From IMG/VR virus record IMGVR_UViG_3300048599_000204: a stretch of DNA of 34,507 bases, one strand, 5' to 3'. Positions 7,408-16,605 of the stretch are shown one piece after another. Source of the DNA: a virus. Both the position numbers and the translations under genes were made by a program. The notes beneath the pieces are model-generated. The model searched no databases and was not told where the DNA came from. It saw nothing but the letters and a program-made list of their open reading frames with translations. Each line of letters starts with the position of its first letter. The first letter of the stretch is position 1.

Positions 7408-8957
7408 CTACCTATTGGTTCGACCAGCGGGCCGCCACCATTGCCGAGAGGTTCTTCGATCGCATGCTGGTGCACATCGAGGGGCCGATGGCCGGGCGGC
7501 CGTTTCTCTTGGAGCCCTGGCAGCGGACCATCGTGCGCGACCTCTGGGGGTGGAAGACGGTCGACGGCCGCCGGCGCTACCGCAAGGTCTATTTGGAGAT
7601 TCCCCGCGGCAATGGCAAGTCGACCTTTGCTGCAGGCCTGGCGCTGCTGCTGCTCGCCGTCGACGGCGAACGATCTGCCAAGGTCTATTCAGCGGCCGCA
7701 GACAAACATCAGGCGGCCATCGTGTTTGAGACGGCGGAGAAGATGGTCGACGCCAGCCCGTTCCTGCAGCCGCGCATCAAGGCCTACAGAAATAGGACCA
7801 TGGACTTTGCCGAGACTGGCAGCCGCTACATAACATTGTCTTCGGATGCCTATACCAAGCATGGGCTCAACCCGCATGGCATCGTGTTCGATGAGCTGCA
7901 TGCGCAACCTAACCGTGAGCTGTATGACGTCCTTAACACGGCCATGGGCAAACGCCGGCAGCCGCTGATGATCATGATTACGACGGCTGGGTACGACCGG
8001 AACAGCATTTGTTGGGAGCAGCACGAGTACGCACGGCAAGTGGCAGATGGCATCATCGACGACCCGACCTTTTACCCTGCCATCTGGGCGGCCGAAGAGG
8101 GCGACGACTGGACCAGCCCGGAGACGTGGCGCAAGGCGAATCCCAACTATGGGGTGTCGGTCAGGGAAGACTTCTTGCGCCAGGAGTGCATCACAGCGGT
8201 GGCCAGTCCGGCCTACCAGAATACGTTTCGGCGGCTCTACCTCAACCAATGGACGCAGCAGGAGAACAGGTGGCTGGATATGCTGGCCTGGGACTCGTGC
8301 AATGCGCCACTGCCGGATCTCGCTGGTCGCGTGTGCTATGGCGGCCTGGATCTCGCTACGACCACGGACATTGCAGCGTTCGTGCTGGCCTTCCCGCCAG
8401 TCGACGACAACGAGCCGACCTGGCTGCTGCCCAGCTTCTTCATTCCAGAGGCGAACATGCGTGAGCGGGTGCTGCGCGATCGGGTGCCTTATGACGCCTG
8501 GGTACGAGATGGCCTCGTGATCGCCACGCCGGGCAACGTCACGGACTACGGCCGGATTGAGGCGCACATCACAGGACTCATGGAACAGTATGAGATCCGT
8601 GAGGTGGCGTTCGACCGTTGGGGCGCGGCGCAGATCACGCAGGATCTGACGGCGGCCGGGCTCACGATGGTCCAGATGGGGCAAGGTTTCGCATCGATGA
8701 GCGCACCGTCGAAGGAGCTGCTGCGGCTGGTGCTGTCGCAGGGCATAGGGCACGGTGGCAATCCCGTTCTGCGGTGGATGGCGGACAACGTGACGGCGGA
8801 GCAGGATGCGGCCGGGAACGTTAAACCAAGCAAGGCCAAGTCGAGAGACAAGATAGACGGCATCGTGGCGGCCATCATGGGGCTCGACCGGGCCACGCGC
8901 AACGCCGGCGACGGCGGTCGCAGTGTATACGAGGAGCGAGGGATTCTATCACTATGA
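7404..8957 (+). CDS. terL: Terminase large subunit
   Basis: ERFFDRMLVHIEGPMAGRPFLLEPWQ..., the Walker A-like IPRGNGKST, and a C-terminal nuclease region (GGLDLATTTDIAAF...DKIDGIVAAIMG). Confidence 0.96.
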   Translation: MTTYWFDQRAATIAERFFDRMLVHIEGPMAGRPFLLEPWQRTIVRDLWGWKTVDGRRRYRKVYLEIPRGNGKSTFAAGLALLLLAVDGERSAKVYSAAADKHQAAIVFETAEKMVDASPFLQPRIKAYRNRTMDFAETGSRYITLSSDAYTKHGLNPHGIVFDELHAQPNRELYDVLNTAMGKRRQPLMIMITTAGYDRNSICWEQHEYARQVADGIIDDPTFYPAIWAAEEGDDWTSPETWRKANPNYGVSVREDFLRQECITAVASPAYQNTFRRLYLNQWTQQENRWLDMLAWDSCNAPLPDLAGRVCYGGLDLATTTDIAAFVLAFPPVDDNEPTWLLPSFFIPEANMRERVLRDRVPYDAWVRDGLVIATPGNVTDYGRIEAHITGLMEQYEIREVAFDRWGAAQITQDLTAAGLTMVQMGQGFASMSAPSKELLRLVLSQGIGHGGNPVLRWMADNVTAEQDAAGNVKPSKAKSRDKIDGIVAAIMGLDRATRNAGDGGRSVYEERGILSL

Positions 8958-9145
8958 CGCAACGTAAACCGCAGGCGGTGGATGCATCGGATGGCATGGT
9001 CACGCTGGGGCTGCTGCTGCTGGCGGCCGCCATCTGGTGGGCCTGGGGGTTGGCGGCTGTGCTGGCCTACGCGGGCATGGTCTTCGTGATCATGGGCTTC
9101 TCAATGGCCTACCAGCGGGCAAGGACGGGGAGGCGCAATGAGTGA
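8954..9145 (+). CDS. Small membrane protein (two TM helices)
   Basis: ATGA overlap with the terL stop. VTLGLLLLAAAIWWAWGLAAVLAYAGMVFVIMGF. Confidence 0.65.
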   Translation: MTQRKPQAVDASDGMVTLGLLLLAAAIWWAWGLAAVLAYAGMVFVIMGFSMAYQRARTGRRNE

Positions 9146-9395
9146 GGATTACACCTATCCGCCGATACGGCTGCCGGGCAACGAGCTGGCCTATACGGTA
9201 CATGTTATCGAGCGCACGCAGCTGCGGCCGGGGGATCTGCTGGTGCTGACCACGCCCGTATTCCTCACGGATGAGATGGTGGCCACCATGACGGCGCGCA
9301 TGCGGGGCCTGGTGCCCAGCGGCGTGCGGGTGGCGGTGATGGATGGCGGACTCACGATCGGCGGCATTATCGGCGCGCAGGATGGGCGTGAGTAG
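9138..9395 (+). CDS. Hypothetical protein (85 aa)
   Basis: The start overlaps the upstream gene by 8 nt. Family not recognised. Confidence 0.6.
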   Translation: MSEDYTYPPIRLPGNELAYTVHVIERTQLRPGDLLVLTTPVFLTDEMVATMTARMRGLVPSGVRVAVMDGGLTIGGIIGAQDGRE

Positions 9396-9408
9396 TGAGG
9401 TGGGCATT

Positions 9409-9609
9409 ATGGCACGGCTGACAGGCAGGCAGCAGCAGATCGTCCGGCAGCTGGCGGCAGGCAAGTCGCAGAAAGAGATTGCCCGGCAGCTGGGCATCAG
9501 CTACAGCACGGTGCGCAACCACATGCGCCAGGCGCGGGACAGGACAGATTGTCGCAGCTCTATTGAGCTTGCGGTCAAGGCGGATCGTGAGCTGCGCACG
9601 TTGGGATAG
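9409..9609 (+). CDS. Stand-alone LuxR/GerE-type HTH transcription regulator (66 aa)
   Basis: LTGRQQQIVRQLAAGKSQKEIARQLGISYSTVRNHMRQA is a canonical LuxR_C HTH. The ATG follows GAGGTGGG. Confidence 0.85.
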   Translation: MARLTGRQQQIVRQLAAGKSQKEIARQLGISYSTVRNHMRQARDRTDCRSSIELAVKADRELRTLG

Positions 9610-9612
9610 GGC

Positions 9613-9641
9613 TTGAATCGGTAGCACACCTGTGCTATTCT
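9613..9641 (+). promoter_or_regulatory. Sigma70-type promoter: TTGAAT, 17-nt spacer, TGc-TATTCT (extended -10)
   Basis: Read directly. It begins 4 nt after the LuxR-type gene stop. Confidence 0.55.
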
Positions 9642-9647
9642 ATTCGT

Positions 9648-9841
9648 GAGCTGGGGCTGGCTGGCCCTCCTAAAGCCAGTCTCGGGGGAGCCCTGGCTCA
9701 CTTCTTCTCCTTCGTGCTGCTCCTTTCGGCAGGGCCGTCGGCTCTCATGGGTCGGCGGCATCTTTTGCCTTACAGAATAGACACCTGTGCTATAGACATA
9801 ATGCGTGCTCAGTCGCTACGATCACCGTAGCGACTTTTTTT
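9648..9841 (+). ncRNA. Candidate terminated leader or small RNA of about 190 nt between the promoter and the intrinsic terminator
   Basis: No credible ORF. There are several imperfect hairpins (for example the GTGAGC 9646-9651 / GCTCAC 9696-9701 outer stem). A second TGcTATAGA box lies at 9788-9796, and the interval ends in a strong terminator. Confidence 0.3.
9811..9841 (+). terminator. Rho-independent terminator
   Basis: AGTCGCTACG atcac CGTAGCGACT (perfect 10-bp stem) followed by a T7 run. Confidence 0.85.
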
Positions 9842-9864
9842 ATTGCCTGCTAGGGGGCAACAGC

Positions 9865-11418
9865 GTGGGCATCCTCTCCAACTTACTCGCACCACAACCG
9901 CAAGTTGTTGAGCAGCGCAGCGCCATGATGCTCGGCGACTATGGCGTAAGCCTCTCTGGCATCGGCGTGAGCGAGGCGAGCAGCCTGCGCAATATGGCGG
10001 TCTTTGCCTGCGTGGGCATCATCAGCCAGTCGCTGGCCAGCGTGCCGCTCATCATGTATGAGCGCAATGGGCGGCTGCGCAGCAGGGCGATCGGGCATCC
10101 GCTTTACAGCGTACTGCACGACCAGGGCAATGGCGAGATGACGGCGTTTGAGGTCAGAGAGACACGCTTGGCGCATGCCCTGCTATGGGGCAACGCCTAT
10201 GCGGAGATCGAATACGACGCCGCTATGAATGTCGTAGGGCTATGGCCGCTGGCACCGGATCGGGTGGGCATCGAGCGCGACAAAGCGACGGGCGGCCTGG
10301 TCTACACCTATCTGATGGATAACGGGCAGGGCTATGTGCTGCCGGCCTGGCGGGTCCAACACCTGCGCTACATGATCGTCGGTGGCGTGACAGGGATCAG
10401 CCCCATCCGCCAGGCTATGAATGCGATCGGGCTCGCCCAGGCTACCGAAGAGTTTGGTAGCAACTATTTCCGCAACGGCTCACGCCCCAGCATTATTCTG
10501 AAGCATCCGGCCAAGCTCTCGAAAGAGGCATATGAGCGGCTGCGCGAGTCGTTCGCAGAACGCTGGCAGGGGCTCAATAACGCCCACCGCGTCAACATTC
10601 TGGAAGAGGGGATCACGCCGGAGACGATCGGGATCCCGCCTGAAGAGGCTCAGTTTCTGGCTACCCGTGAGTTTCAGGTGGCGGAGATCGCCAGGCTGTA
10701 CCGTGTGCCGCTCGACATGCTGGCCGACAGTGCCACCACGACCTATGCGAGCGCGGAGCAGCATGCCATCAACCTGCGCGTGTATACCCTGCTCAACTGG
10801 GCACGCCGCGACGAGCAGGCGCTGATGCGGGATCTGCTCACGCCTGAAGAGCGCAGCCGTTATTACATCGAATACCTCCTCGACGGCCTGGAGCGGGCGG
10901 ACATCAGCACACGTGCGGCTGCTCTCAACACCATGCGCCAGGGTGGGGCCATCACGGCGAACGAATGGCGCGAGCGCGAAAACCTCAACCCGGTCGAGGG
11001 CGGCGACGTGCTCCTGCAGCCGCTCAACATGGCGGCAGTAGACCAGCCGCAAGACGATGCGCAGCCTGACCCTGCGGCCGATGCGCAAGAGGGCGAGGAT
11101 CTGCCGCGCTCGCTATCCACCGTGGATAGTGAGACCTTTGCACCGCTCACTGCCGACGTGCAGCGACGGCTCACGGCCCGCATCGCAAACGATGTGCGGC
11201 AGCAGGGCGGCAAGGCGCTGCGCCAGGGCGGCCGGGTGGCGCTTTCGGAGTGGGGCGAGACGCAGATCCACGAGTGGCGGCTGGCAGGCGAGGGCATGCT
11301 GGCGCCTATGCTGGCGGTGGCCAGCTCGCTGGGGCTGCCTCCGCTGGGGGCAGATATAGGCAGTTGGGTGACAACTGCCTACCAGGACGCAGTAAAGGGG
11401 CTAATCAATGGCGACTGA
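9865..11418 (+). CDS. Portal protein (HK97 family)
   Basis: The GTG 9865 follows AGGGGG. The upstream ATG/TTG extension would include the terminator hairpin. FACVGIISQSLASVPL...LLWGNAYAEI is portal-like, and the position precedes the protease and capsid genes. Confidence 0.93.
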   Translation: MGILSNLLAPQPQVVEQRSAMMLGDYGVSLSGIGVSEASSLRNMAVFACVGIISQSLASVPLIMYERNGRLRSRAIGHPLYSVLHDQGNGEMTAFEVRETRLAHALLWGNAYAEIEYDAAMNVVGLWPLAPDRVGIERDKATGGLVYTYLMDNGQGYVLPAWRVQHLRYMIVGGVTGISPIRQAMNAIGLAQATEEFGSNYFRNGSRPSIILKHPAKLSKEAYERLRESFAERWQGLNNAHRVNILEEGITPETIGIPPEEAQFLATREFQVAEIARLYRVPLDMLADSATTTYASAEQHAINLRVYTLLNWARRDEQALMRDLLTPEERSRYYIEYLLDGLERADISTRAAALNTMRQGGAITANEWRERENLNPVEGGDVLLQPLNMAAVDQPQDDAQPDPAADAQEGEDLPRSLSTVDSETFAPLTADVQRRLTARIANDVRQQGGKALRQGGRVALSEWGETQIHEWRLAGEGMLAPMLAVASSLGLPPLGADIGSWVTTAYQDAVKGLINGD

Positions 11419-12079
11419 AGAGCGCACCTTTGAGATCGAAGCATTGGAGATCCGGGCCGGAGAGGGCGAGCAGCCAGCTGCCATCATGGGCTACGCGGTG
11501 GTTTTCGACAGCTGGTCTGAGGTGCTGACCGATGGCCGCGGGCGCCCATTCCGTGAGCGGTTTGCGCCGGGAGCCTTTGACCGGGCACTGGCCAGCAGTC
11601 CGGATGTGCGAGCCCTGTGGAATCACAACAGCGACTTTCCGCTAGGGCGGGTGAGCAATGGCACGCTGCGCGTGAGTAAAGATGCGCGGGGGGTCCGCTT
11701 CGATCTCAACCCGCCGGACACGAGTTGGGGCCGGGATGCGGTCGAAAGCATTCGCCGCGGGGACGTGAGCGGAGTGTCCTTCCAGTTTGCCGTCAAGCGT
11801 GACGGCACGGCCGATACCTGGGAGAAACCGGGTATGGACGGCGTGGCGCAGCGCACGGTGCTGGATGCCGACCTGTATGAGATCAGCCCGGTGACGTTTC
11901 CTGCCTACCATGCCACGAGCGTGGGCGTGCGCAGTGTGGATGTGCCGGAATTTGAAACCGAATCAGACGGCCGGGCGGCCGGTGAGATAGACGCGCAGGC
12001 GGGCCGGGCGGCCACGCAGGCGCAACAACGTGAGCGGCGTTTACGGCTGCTCGACTTGAATCTGAAGGTGAAAGGATAA
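11408..12079 (+). CDS. Prohead maturation protease (HK97 / S78 family)
   Basis: GYAVVFDSWSEVL...RALWNHNSDFPLGRV...DVSGVSFQF...EISPVTFPAY, with synteny. Confidence 0.93.
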   Translation: MATEERTFEIEALEIRAGEGEQPAAIMGYAVVFDSWSEVLTDGRGRPFRERFAPGAFDRALASSPDVRALWNHNSDFPLGRVSNGTLRVSKDARGVRFDLNPPDTSWGRDAVESIRRGDVSGVSFQFAVKRDGTADTWEKPGMDGVAQRTVLDADLYEISPVTFPAYHATSVGVRSVDVPEFETESDGRAAGEIDAQAGRAATQAQQRERRLRLLDLNLKVKG

Positions 12080-12081
12080 CC

Positions 12082-13254
12082 ATGAACACCTATATTGTGG
12101 AGCTGCGGCGCAAGGCTATCGCAGCTAAGCAGGTCGCCGAAGCTGTCAATGCGCAGGCCGAAGCGGAAAACCGCGGCCTGACCGAAGATGAGCAGCGCCA
12201 GTTTGATGATGCCATCGCGCAGGCGGAACGGCTGAACGCCGACGCTAACACGGCGGAGCAGCGGTCGCAGCGGCTGGCCGCCATCACGGCGCCGGCCACC
12301 ATCAGCCCCGAGAACCGCGGCGACGATCGTGTCAAGGCGGATCGCCGTGCTGTACGGCAGTATGTCCTGGGTGATGAGGGCGCCATCCGTGAGATGGATG
12401 CCCAGATGCGCAGTGAGGCCCGTGCGTCGAACAACACGGACATGAATATCACGACCCCGGCGGATGGTGGCTATTTGGTGCCTACCGGGCACTACGCCGG
12501 GATCATTGCACGCGCCAACGAGATCATGCTGGCGCCTGCGTTGGGGTGCATGCCCGTGCCCGGCCTGGGGACCACTGTCAACGTGCCCACCGGCGGCGCG
12601 GTCAATCCGTTCGTGGCCACCAACGAAGTGGGTACCTTCGACATTGATGGCGCCGCTTTCGGGCAGGCCGCAATGACCCTCGCCAAGTTCACCAAGGACA
12701 TGATCCTGAGTGACGAACTCCAGCAGGATGAGGGCAGCCAGCTGCTCAACTACCTCAACAGCTACGTCGGCGATGCCTACGGCCTGACGCACAACGCAGC
12801 CCTGGTCACGGAGACTCTGGCCGGCGGCACGAGCGTGACGTTGGGTGCGGCTGCGGCTGCTACGGCTGCCGACATTCCGCTGCTGATCGGTTCGGTCAAG
12901 GATGAGTATGCGGCACGGGCCCAGTGGATCGGCAAGCGCGCCACGCAGTTCAAGTACCTGGCGCTGACCGGCAACAACTGGCAGTTCGTCAACACACCGC
13001 AGGGCACGATTGACGGCTTCTGGGGTTTTCCCTTCAACGCCGCGTCGAATATGCCCGCCGTCGGCGCCGGCCTCAAGTCGCTGGCCTTCGGTGCCTGGCA
13101 GTTCATGGGCTACCGCACGACCGGCATGACGATGTTGCGCGACCCGTATAGCAAGGCCTCGACCGGGCAGCTCGTGATGCACTACTACACGCGCATCGTG
13201 TACAAGACGCTGCAGCAAGAGGCGATCGTCTTCGGTACGCATCCGACTGCCTAG
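12082..13254 (+). CDS. Major capsid protein (HK97 fold) with an N-terminal coiled-coil delta domain
   Basis: The Ala/Glu/Gln-rich first ~100 aa are followed by GGYLVPTGHYAGIIARANE...; size and position are typical. Confidence 0.93.
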   Translation: MNTYIVELRRKAIAAKQVAEAVNAQAEAENRGLTEDEQRQFDDAIAQAERLNADANTAEQRSQRLAAITAPATISPENRGDDRVKADRRAVRQYVLGDEGAIREMDAQMRSEARASNNTDMNITTPADGGYLVPTGHYAGIIARANEIMLAPALGCMPVPGLGTTVNVPTGGAVNPFVATNEVGTFDIDGAAFGQAAMTLAKFTKDMILSDELQQDEGSQLLNYLNSYVGDAYGLTHNAALVTETLAGGTSVTLGAAAAATAADIPLLIGSVKDEYAARAQWIGKRATQFKYLALTGNNWQFVNTPQGTIDGFWGFPFNAASNMPAVGAGLKSLAFGAWQFMGYRTTGMTMLRDPYSKASTGQLVMHYYTRIVYKTLQQEAIVFGTHPTA

Positions 13255-13284
13255 TCAGGCGGGTGGCTTAGAGAAAGAGTGACC

Positions 13285-14208
13285 ATGCGCCTGCTGGTAT
13301 ACATGCCCACCTATACGCTGCCTGATGGCACTGAGGCCATGAGCCCGGAGAGTGCGGAGTCTGTCCGCTCGCAGCAGATCGACGGCGATCTGGTGTTTGA
13401 GATCGGACGGCACAATCCATTTCCGGGGGCTGACCATCGCAACGTGACGGCACAATACCAGCGGGCGCGGGCCATGATGCTCGACGGGGACTATGATGCC
13501 CTGCTCACGGTCGAGCACGACAACGTACTGCCGGACCCGGGCGCTATCCAGCGGCTGCTCGACACCAAGGGCGACGTGATCTATGCGCCCTACGTGCTGC
13601 GGCATGGGGTAGCCATCCTATCCACCTGGCAGTACATCGGCGATCGCAACCTGGGCATGAGCCTGTCGCGCTACCCGGAAGAACTGGAGCAGGCGCGGGC
13701 GGCCGTCGTGTGGCGGATCTGTGGTGTGGGCCATGGCTGCACGCTCTTCCACCGCCATGTAATGGAGCGGATCGACTTCCGCAGCGGCCCGGATGGGCAG
13801 TGGGCGCCTGATATTCCCTTTGCCCAGGATGCACTGCGTGAGGGATACGTAAGTATGGGGCGCTTCGACGTGCCGGTGCTGCACCGGCAGAATGGCGAAT
13901 GGCTGCATCCATTCGAGACGATCGGCAAGAAGAAATATTACTGCCGGGTGACGGTCAACGCGCTGGTGCCTGATGGCACACGCTTTCGTCTCGTGCAGGG
14001 GGAGTATGTTGAGATGCTGCCGGAGCAGGCGTATGACCTGGCACGTGCGGGGTTTGTGCTGATCCCAGATGAGCGGCTGTGGGATTCGATGGGGCTACCG
14101 CCGGGCAAAGACCAGGCGCCGGCAGACATAGAGACAGCCACGGCGGAACCGGCGGCGGAGCGGGCGGTACTGCCCAGCCCTAAGAAACGCAAGGGGCGCG
14201 CGGCATGA
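13285..14208 (+). CDS. Glycosyltransferase-like protein (GT-A fold guess); alternative GTG start at 13279
   Basis: MRLLVYMPTYTLPDG...DALLTVEHDNVLPDPGAIQRLL...GDVIYAPYV resembles a GT-A N-terminal Rossmann-like half with an acidic motif. Confidence 0.5.
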   Translation: MRLLVYMPTYTLPDGTEAMSPESAESVRSQQIDGDLVFEIGRHNPFPGADHRNVTAQYQRARAMMLDGDYDALLTVEHDNVLPDPGAIQRLLDTKGDVIYAPYVLRHGVAILSTWQYIGDRNLGMSLSRYPEELEQARAAVVWRICGVGHGCTLFHRHVMERIDFRSGPDGQWAPDIPFAQDALREGYVSMGRFDVPVLHRQNGEWLHPFETIGKKKYYCRVTVNALVPDGTRFRLVQGEYVEMLPEQAYDLARAGFVLIPDERLWDSMGLPPGKDQAPADIETATAEPAAERAVLPSPKKRKGRAA

Positions 14209-14783
14209 TGCCCTTCCTGGAGATCATCACGCGCACCTTCATGGGGCGCCCCACCATGTTGGTGGCCAACACCGAGAGCGTGGCGGCCCTGACCGGCGCG
14301 GACCACAATCAGATCGTGATGGTCGATTACCACCAGGCGGGCGTGGCGGCCGCCAACGCTGCCCTCGCCGCCTTCGAGCCCAGCGGGTCATACGTGTGGG
14401 TGCTCGACGATGATGACGTCTGCGTCTATCCTGCCATGGTCAACGACCTCAAATACTTGGCCTGGCTGCACGGCAATCCGCCGGCGTTCATCGTCAAGAT
14501 GGACCACGGCGAGCAACTGGGGGTGCTGCCGGATGCGGCGCACTGGTGCCAGCCGCCACACGAGGGCGGGATCGGCTGCTCCGCCATCATCACACGGCGC
14601 GACGTGTGGATGTACTGCCGCAAGGCGTGGGCAAGCGGCCGCTATGCCTCCGACTTCGACTTTATCTCTGCGGTGTGGGCGGTCCACAGTGACCGCATTA
14701 TCTGGCACAACGTGATTGCCAGCCGCTGCCAGCGCATCAGCCGGGGCGAGCCCGAACCGACATTCGCGACGGTGAGACTATGA
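14205..14783 (+). CDS. Glycosyltransferase family-2-like protein
   Basis: LEIITRTFMGRPTML...ESVAAL...IVMVD...YVWVLDDDDV (DxD motif). ATGA overlap with the upstream gene. Confidence 0.6.
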   Translation: MMPFLEIITRTFMGRPTMLVANTESVAALTGADHNQIVMVDYHQAGVAAANAALAAFEPSGSYVWVLDDDDVCVYPAMVNDLKYLAWLHGNPPAFIVKMDHGEQLGVLPDAAHWCQPPHEGGIGCSAIITRRDVWMYCRKAWASGRYASDFDFISAVWAVHSDRIIWHNVIASRCQRISRGEPEPTFATVRL

Positions 14784-15361
14784 GCAACGAATACCAGGTC
14801 AAGGTCATCACGCCGCCGGCATCCGAGCCGGTGTCACTGCCGGAGTGCAAAGTAGACCTGCGCGTCGACCACGATGCAGACGATGCTCTAATCGCATCTT
14901 TTATCACGGCAGCGCGCGAGGAGGCGGAGCAGCTGGCGCGGCGGGCGCTTATCAGCCGCACGCTCGAGCTGTCGCTGGATGCCTGGCCATGTGACAACAT
15001 TGTCCGGCTGCCGCTGCCGCCACTGGCCTCCGTGACCAGCGTCGTTTACTACGATTACACCAACGCCTCGGCGACAATGAGCAGCTCCGACTACATGGTC
15101 ATTACCGACGTCGAGCCTGGCATCCTGACATTGGCGTGGGGCAAGACATGGCCCACAGCGACCCTGCGCACGGTGGCGCCCATCCGGGTGCGCTATGTGG
15201 CGGGGTATGGGGCGACGGCTGTGAGCGTGCCGGAACGTTACAAGGCGCTGATTCGCAGCCTGGTGGCCATCCGCTATGAGTACCGCGACGAGATGACACC
15301 GGCGGCCGAGCGCATGCTGGCCAACATTCGGGCGGCGCTGCAAATGGAGTGGGGCTGGTGA
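14780..15361 (+). CDS. Head-tail connector protein (gp6-like)
   Basis: EPVSLPECKVDLRVDHDADDALIASFITAAREEAEQLARRAL is typical of gp6-like connectors, with synteny. Confidence 0.8.
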   Translation: MSNEYQVKVITPPASEPVSLPECKVDLRVDHDADDALIASFITAAREEAEQLARRALISRTLELSLDAWPCDNIVRLPLPPLASVTSVVYYDYTNASATMSSSDYMVITDVEPGILTLAWGKTWPTATLRTVAPIRVRYVAGYGATAVSVPERYKALIRSLVAIRYEYRDEMTPAAERMLANIRAALQMEWGW

Positions 15362-15693
15362 TCGGCAAACTGCGCCACCGTGTGACCATCCAGCAGGCAA
15401 CCATCACCCGCGGCGATCGCGGGGCGGAGGTGCTGGCCTGGTCCGACGTCGCCACCGTCTATGCGGACATCCGCACGGTGGGCGGGCAGGAGCAGGTGCT
15501 GGCGAACCAGCTGGAGACGGCTACCTTGCTGCATACCGTCACGATCCGCTACCGCGCGGGGATTGTTCCCAAGATGCGGGTCAAGTGGGGCGCCAGGGTC
15601 TTTGCCGTCGAGGCCATTGTCGAGAGTGACAACCGCATGCGGACGCTCAATCTGTCCTGCCGCGAGCTCGTAGGCGATACGGAGGTGGCCTGA
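15349..15693 (+). CDS. Head closure / head-tail adaptor protein (SPP1 gp16-like)
   Basis: LRHRVTIQQ...RGDRGAEV..W.DVATVYADI pattern, with synteny. GTG start at 15349 or 15358. Confidence 0.75.
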   Translation: MGLVIGKLRHRVTIQQATITRGDRGAEVLAWSDVATVYADIRTVGGQEQVLANQLETATLLHTVTIRYRAGIVPKMRVKWGARVFAVEAIVESDNRMRTLNLSCRELVGDTEVA

Positions 15694-16220
15694 TGCCTAA
15701 ACGCAAGGGGGCGCGGCGCAAGCTGCAGATCGAATGGTACGGCGACGACTTCCTGCAGGTCGTGCGCGACCACGGCGACGATGCGCTGTTTGCGGCGGGC
15801 GAGATCGTCATGCACGCGGCAGAACGCAAGGCGCCGCGCAAGAGCGGCAAGCTGCGGGGCTCCGGCTACGTGTCGACGGCCAGCCGCAGCACCTATGAGC
15901 GGCGCAAATACTGGCGCAAAGAGAAAAAGCCACCGGTCAATGGCGTCACGGTGGGCTTTAGTGCCCCACACGCCCACCTGATCGAATCGGGGCGGCGCAA
16001 GTCGGGGCGCTTCGGCACCATCAAGGGCCGGCGCGGCACGAACAAGCGGGCGCTGAAGATCGGGGATCGCTTTGTGAGTCGCAGCCGCTTTAAGCGGGTA
16101 TCTTCGCAGCCGTTTTTGGGGCCTGCACTCGAAGAGACGAAAACCACGATGGTCGAAGAGTTGGCGAAGACTTACCGGGGCTGGCTGGAGCGGCTGCTGC
16201 CGGCGGGGCTGGGGCGATGA
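15693..16220 (+). CDS. HK97 gp10-like neck / tail-completion protein
   Basis: APRKSGKLRGSGYV...APHAHLIESG...SQPFLGPALEE pattern, with synteny. Confidence 0.75.
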   Translation: MPKRKGARRKLQIEWYGDDFLQVVRDHGDDALFAAGEIVMHAAERKAPRKSGKLRGSGYVSTASRSTYERRKYWRKEKKPPVNGVTVGFSAPHAHLIESGRRKSGRFGTIKGRRGTNKRALKIGDRFVSRSRFKRVSSQPFLGPALEETKTTMVEELAKTYRGWLERLLPAGLGR

Positions 16221-16597
16221 ACGCAGGTAACATCATCTACGACAAGCTGATCGCCAATGCCGCTGTTGCGGCCATCGTCGCGGCACGTATCTATCCAATT
16301 GACGCACCCCTCGACGTGGATCTGCCCTGCTGCTACTACGACGTGCAGCTGGGGCCGGTCGGGGATGGGTCGGCGCCGCTGTCCACTGCGCAGCTGCAGG
16401 TGGGGTGCCTGGCGCACAGCGAGGCTACGGCACACAGCCTGGCCAACGCAGTGCATGCGGCGCTCGATGGTCTGTCCGCCACTGACACGGGCACCTGGCT
16501 GCGGGGGCTGCGCCAGCTGGGCCGCACGGAGAACAGGGACGCAGAAAACAATCTATGGGGAGTGCTGCTGGTGTATGGGGCCAGCGTGACGTTCTAA
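16217..16597 (+). CDS. Tail terminator / tail-completion protein (by position; DUF3168-like guess)
   Basis: ATGA overlap with the upstream gene. Last gene before the major tail protein. Confidence 0.55.
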   Translation: MNAGNIIYDKLIANAAVAAIVAARIYPIDAPLDVDLPCCYYDVQLGPVGDGSAPLSTAQLQVGCLAHSEATAHSLANAVHAALDGLSATDTGTWLRGLRQLGRTENRDAENNLWGVLLVYGASVTF

Positions 16598-16605
16598 TGG
16601 CCCGG

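Noticed and set aside
7689-8753. Long antisense ORFs opposite recognised genes: 7689..8753 (-), 11905..13242 (-), 18163..19278 (-), 10480..11088 (-), and 26073..27701 (+ frames)
   Set aside because: They lie opposite confidently recognised terminase, capsid, tape measure, portal and ParB genes. They are Arg/Pro/Gly-rich, typical of stop-poor shadow frames in high-GC DNA.
9805-9864. Upstream start (9805) for the portal ORF given in the ORF track
   Set aside because: The extension would translate through the terminator hairpin and T run. GTG 9865 has an AGGGGG RBS and gives a typical portal N-terminus.
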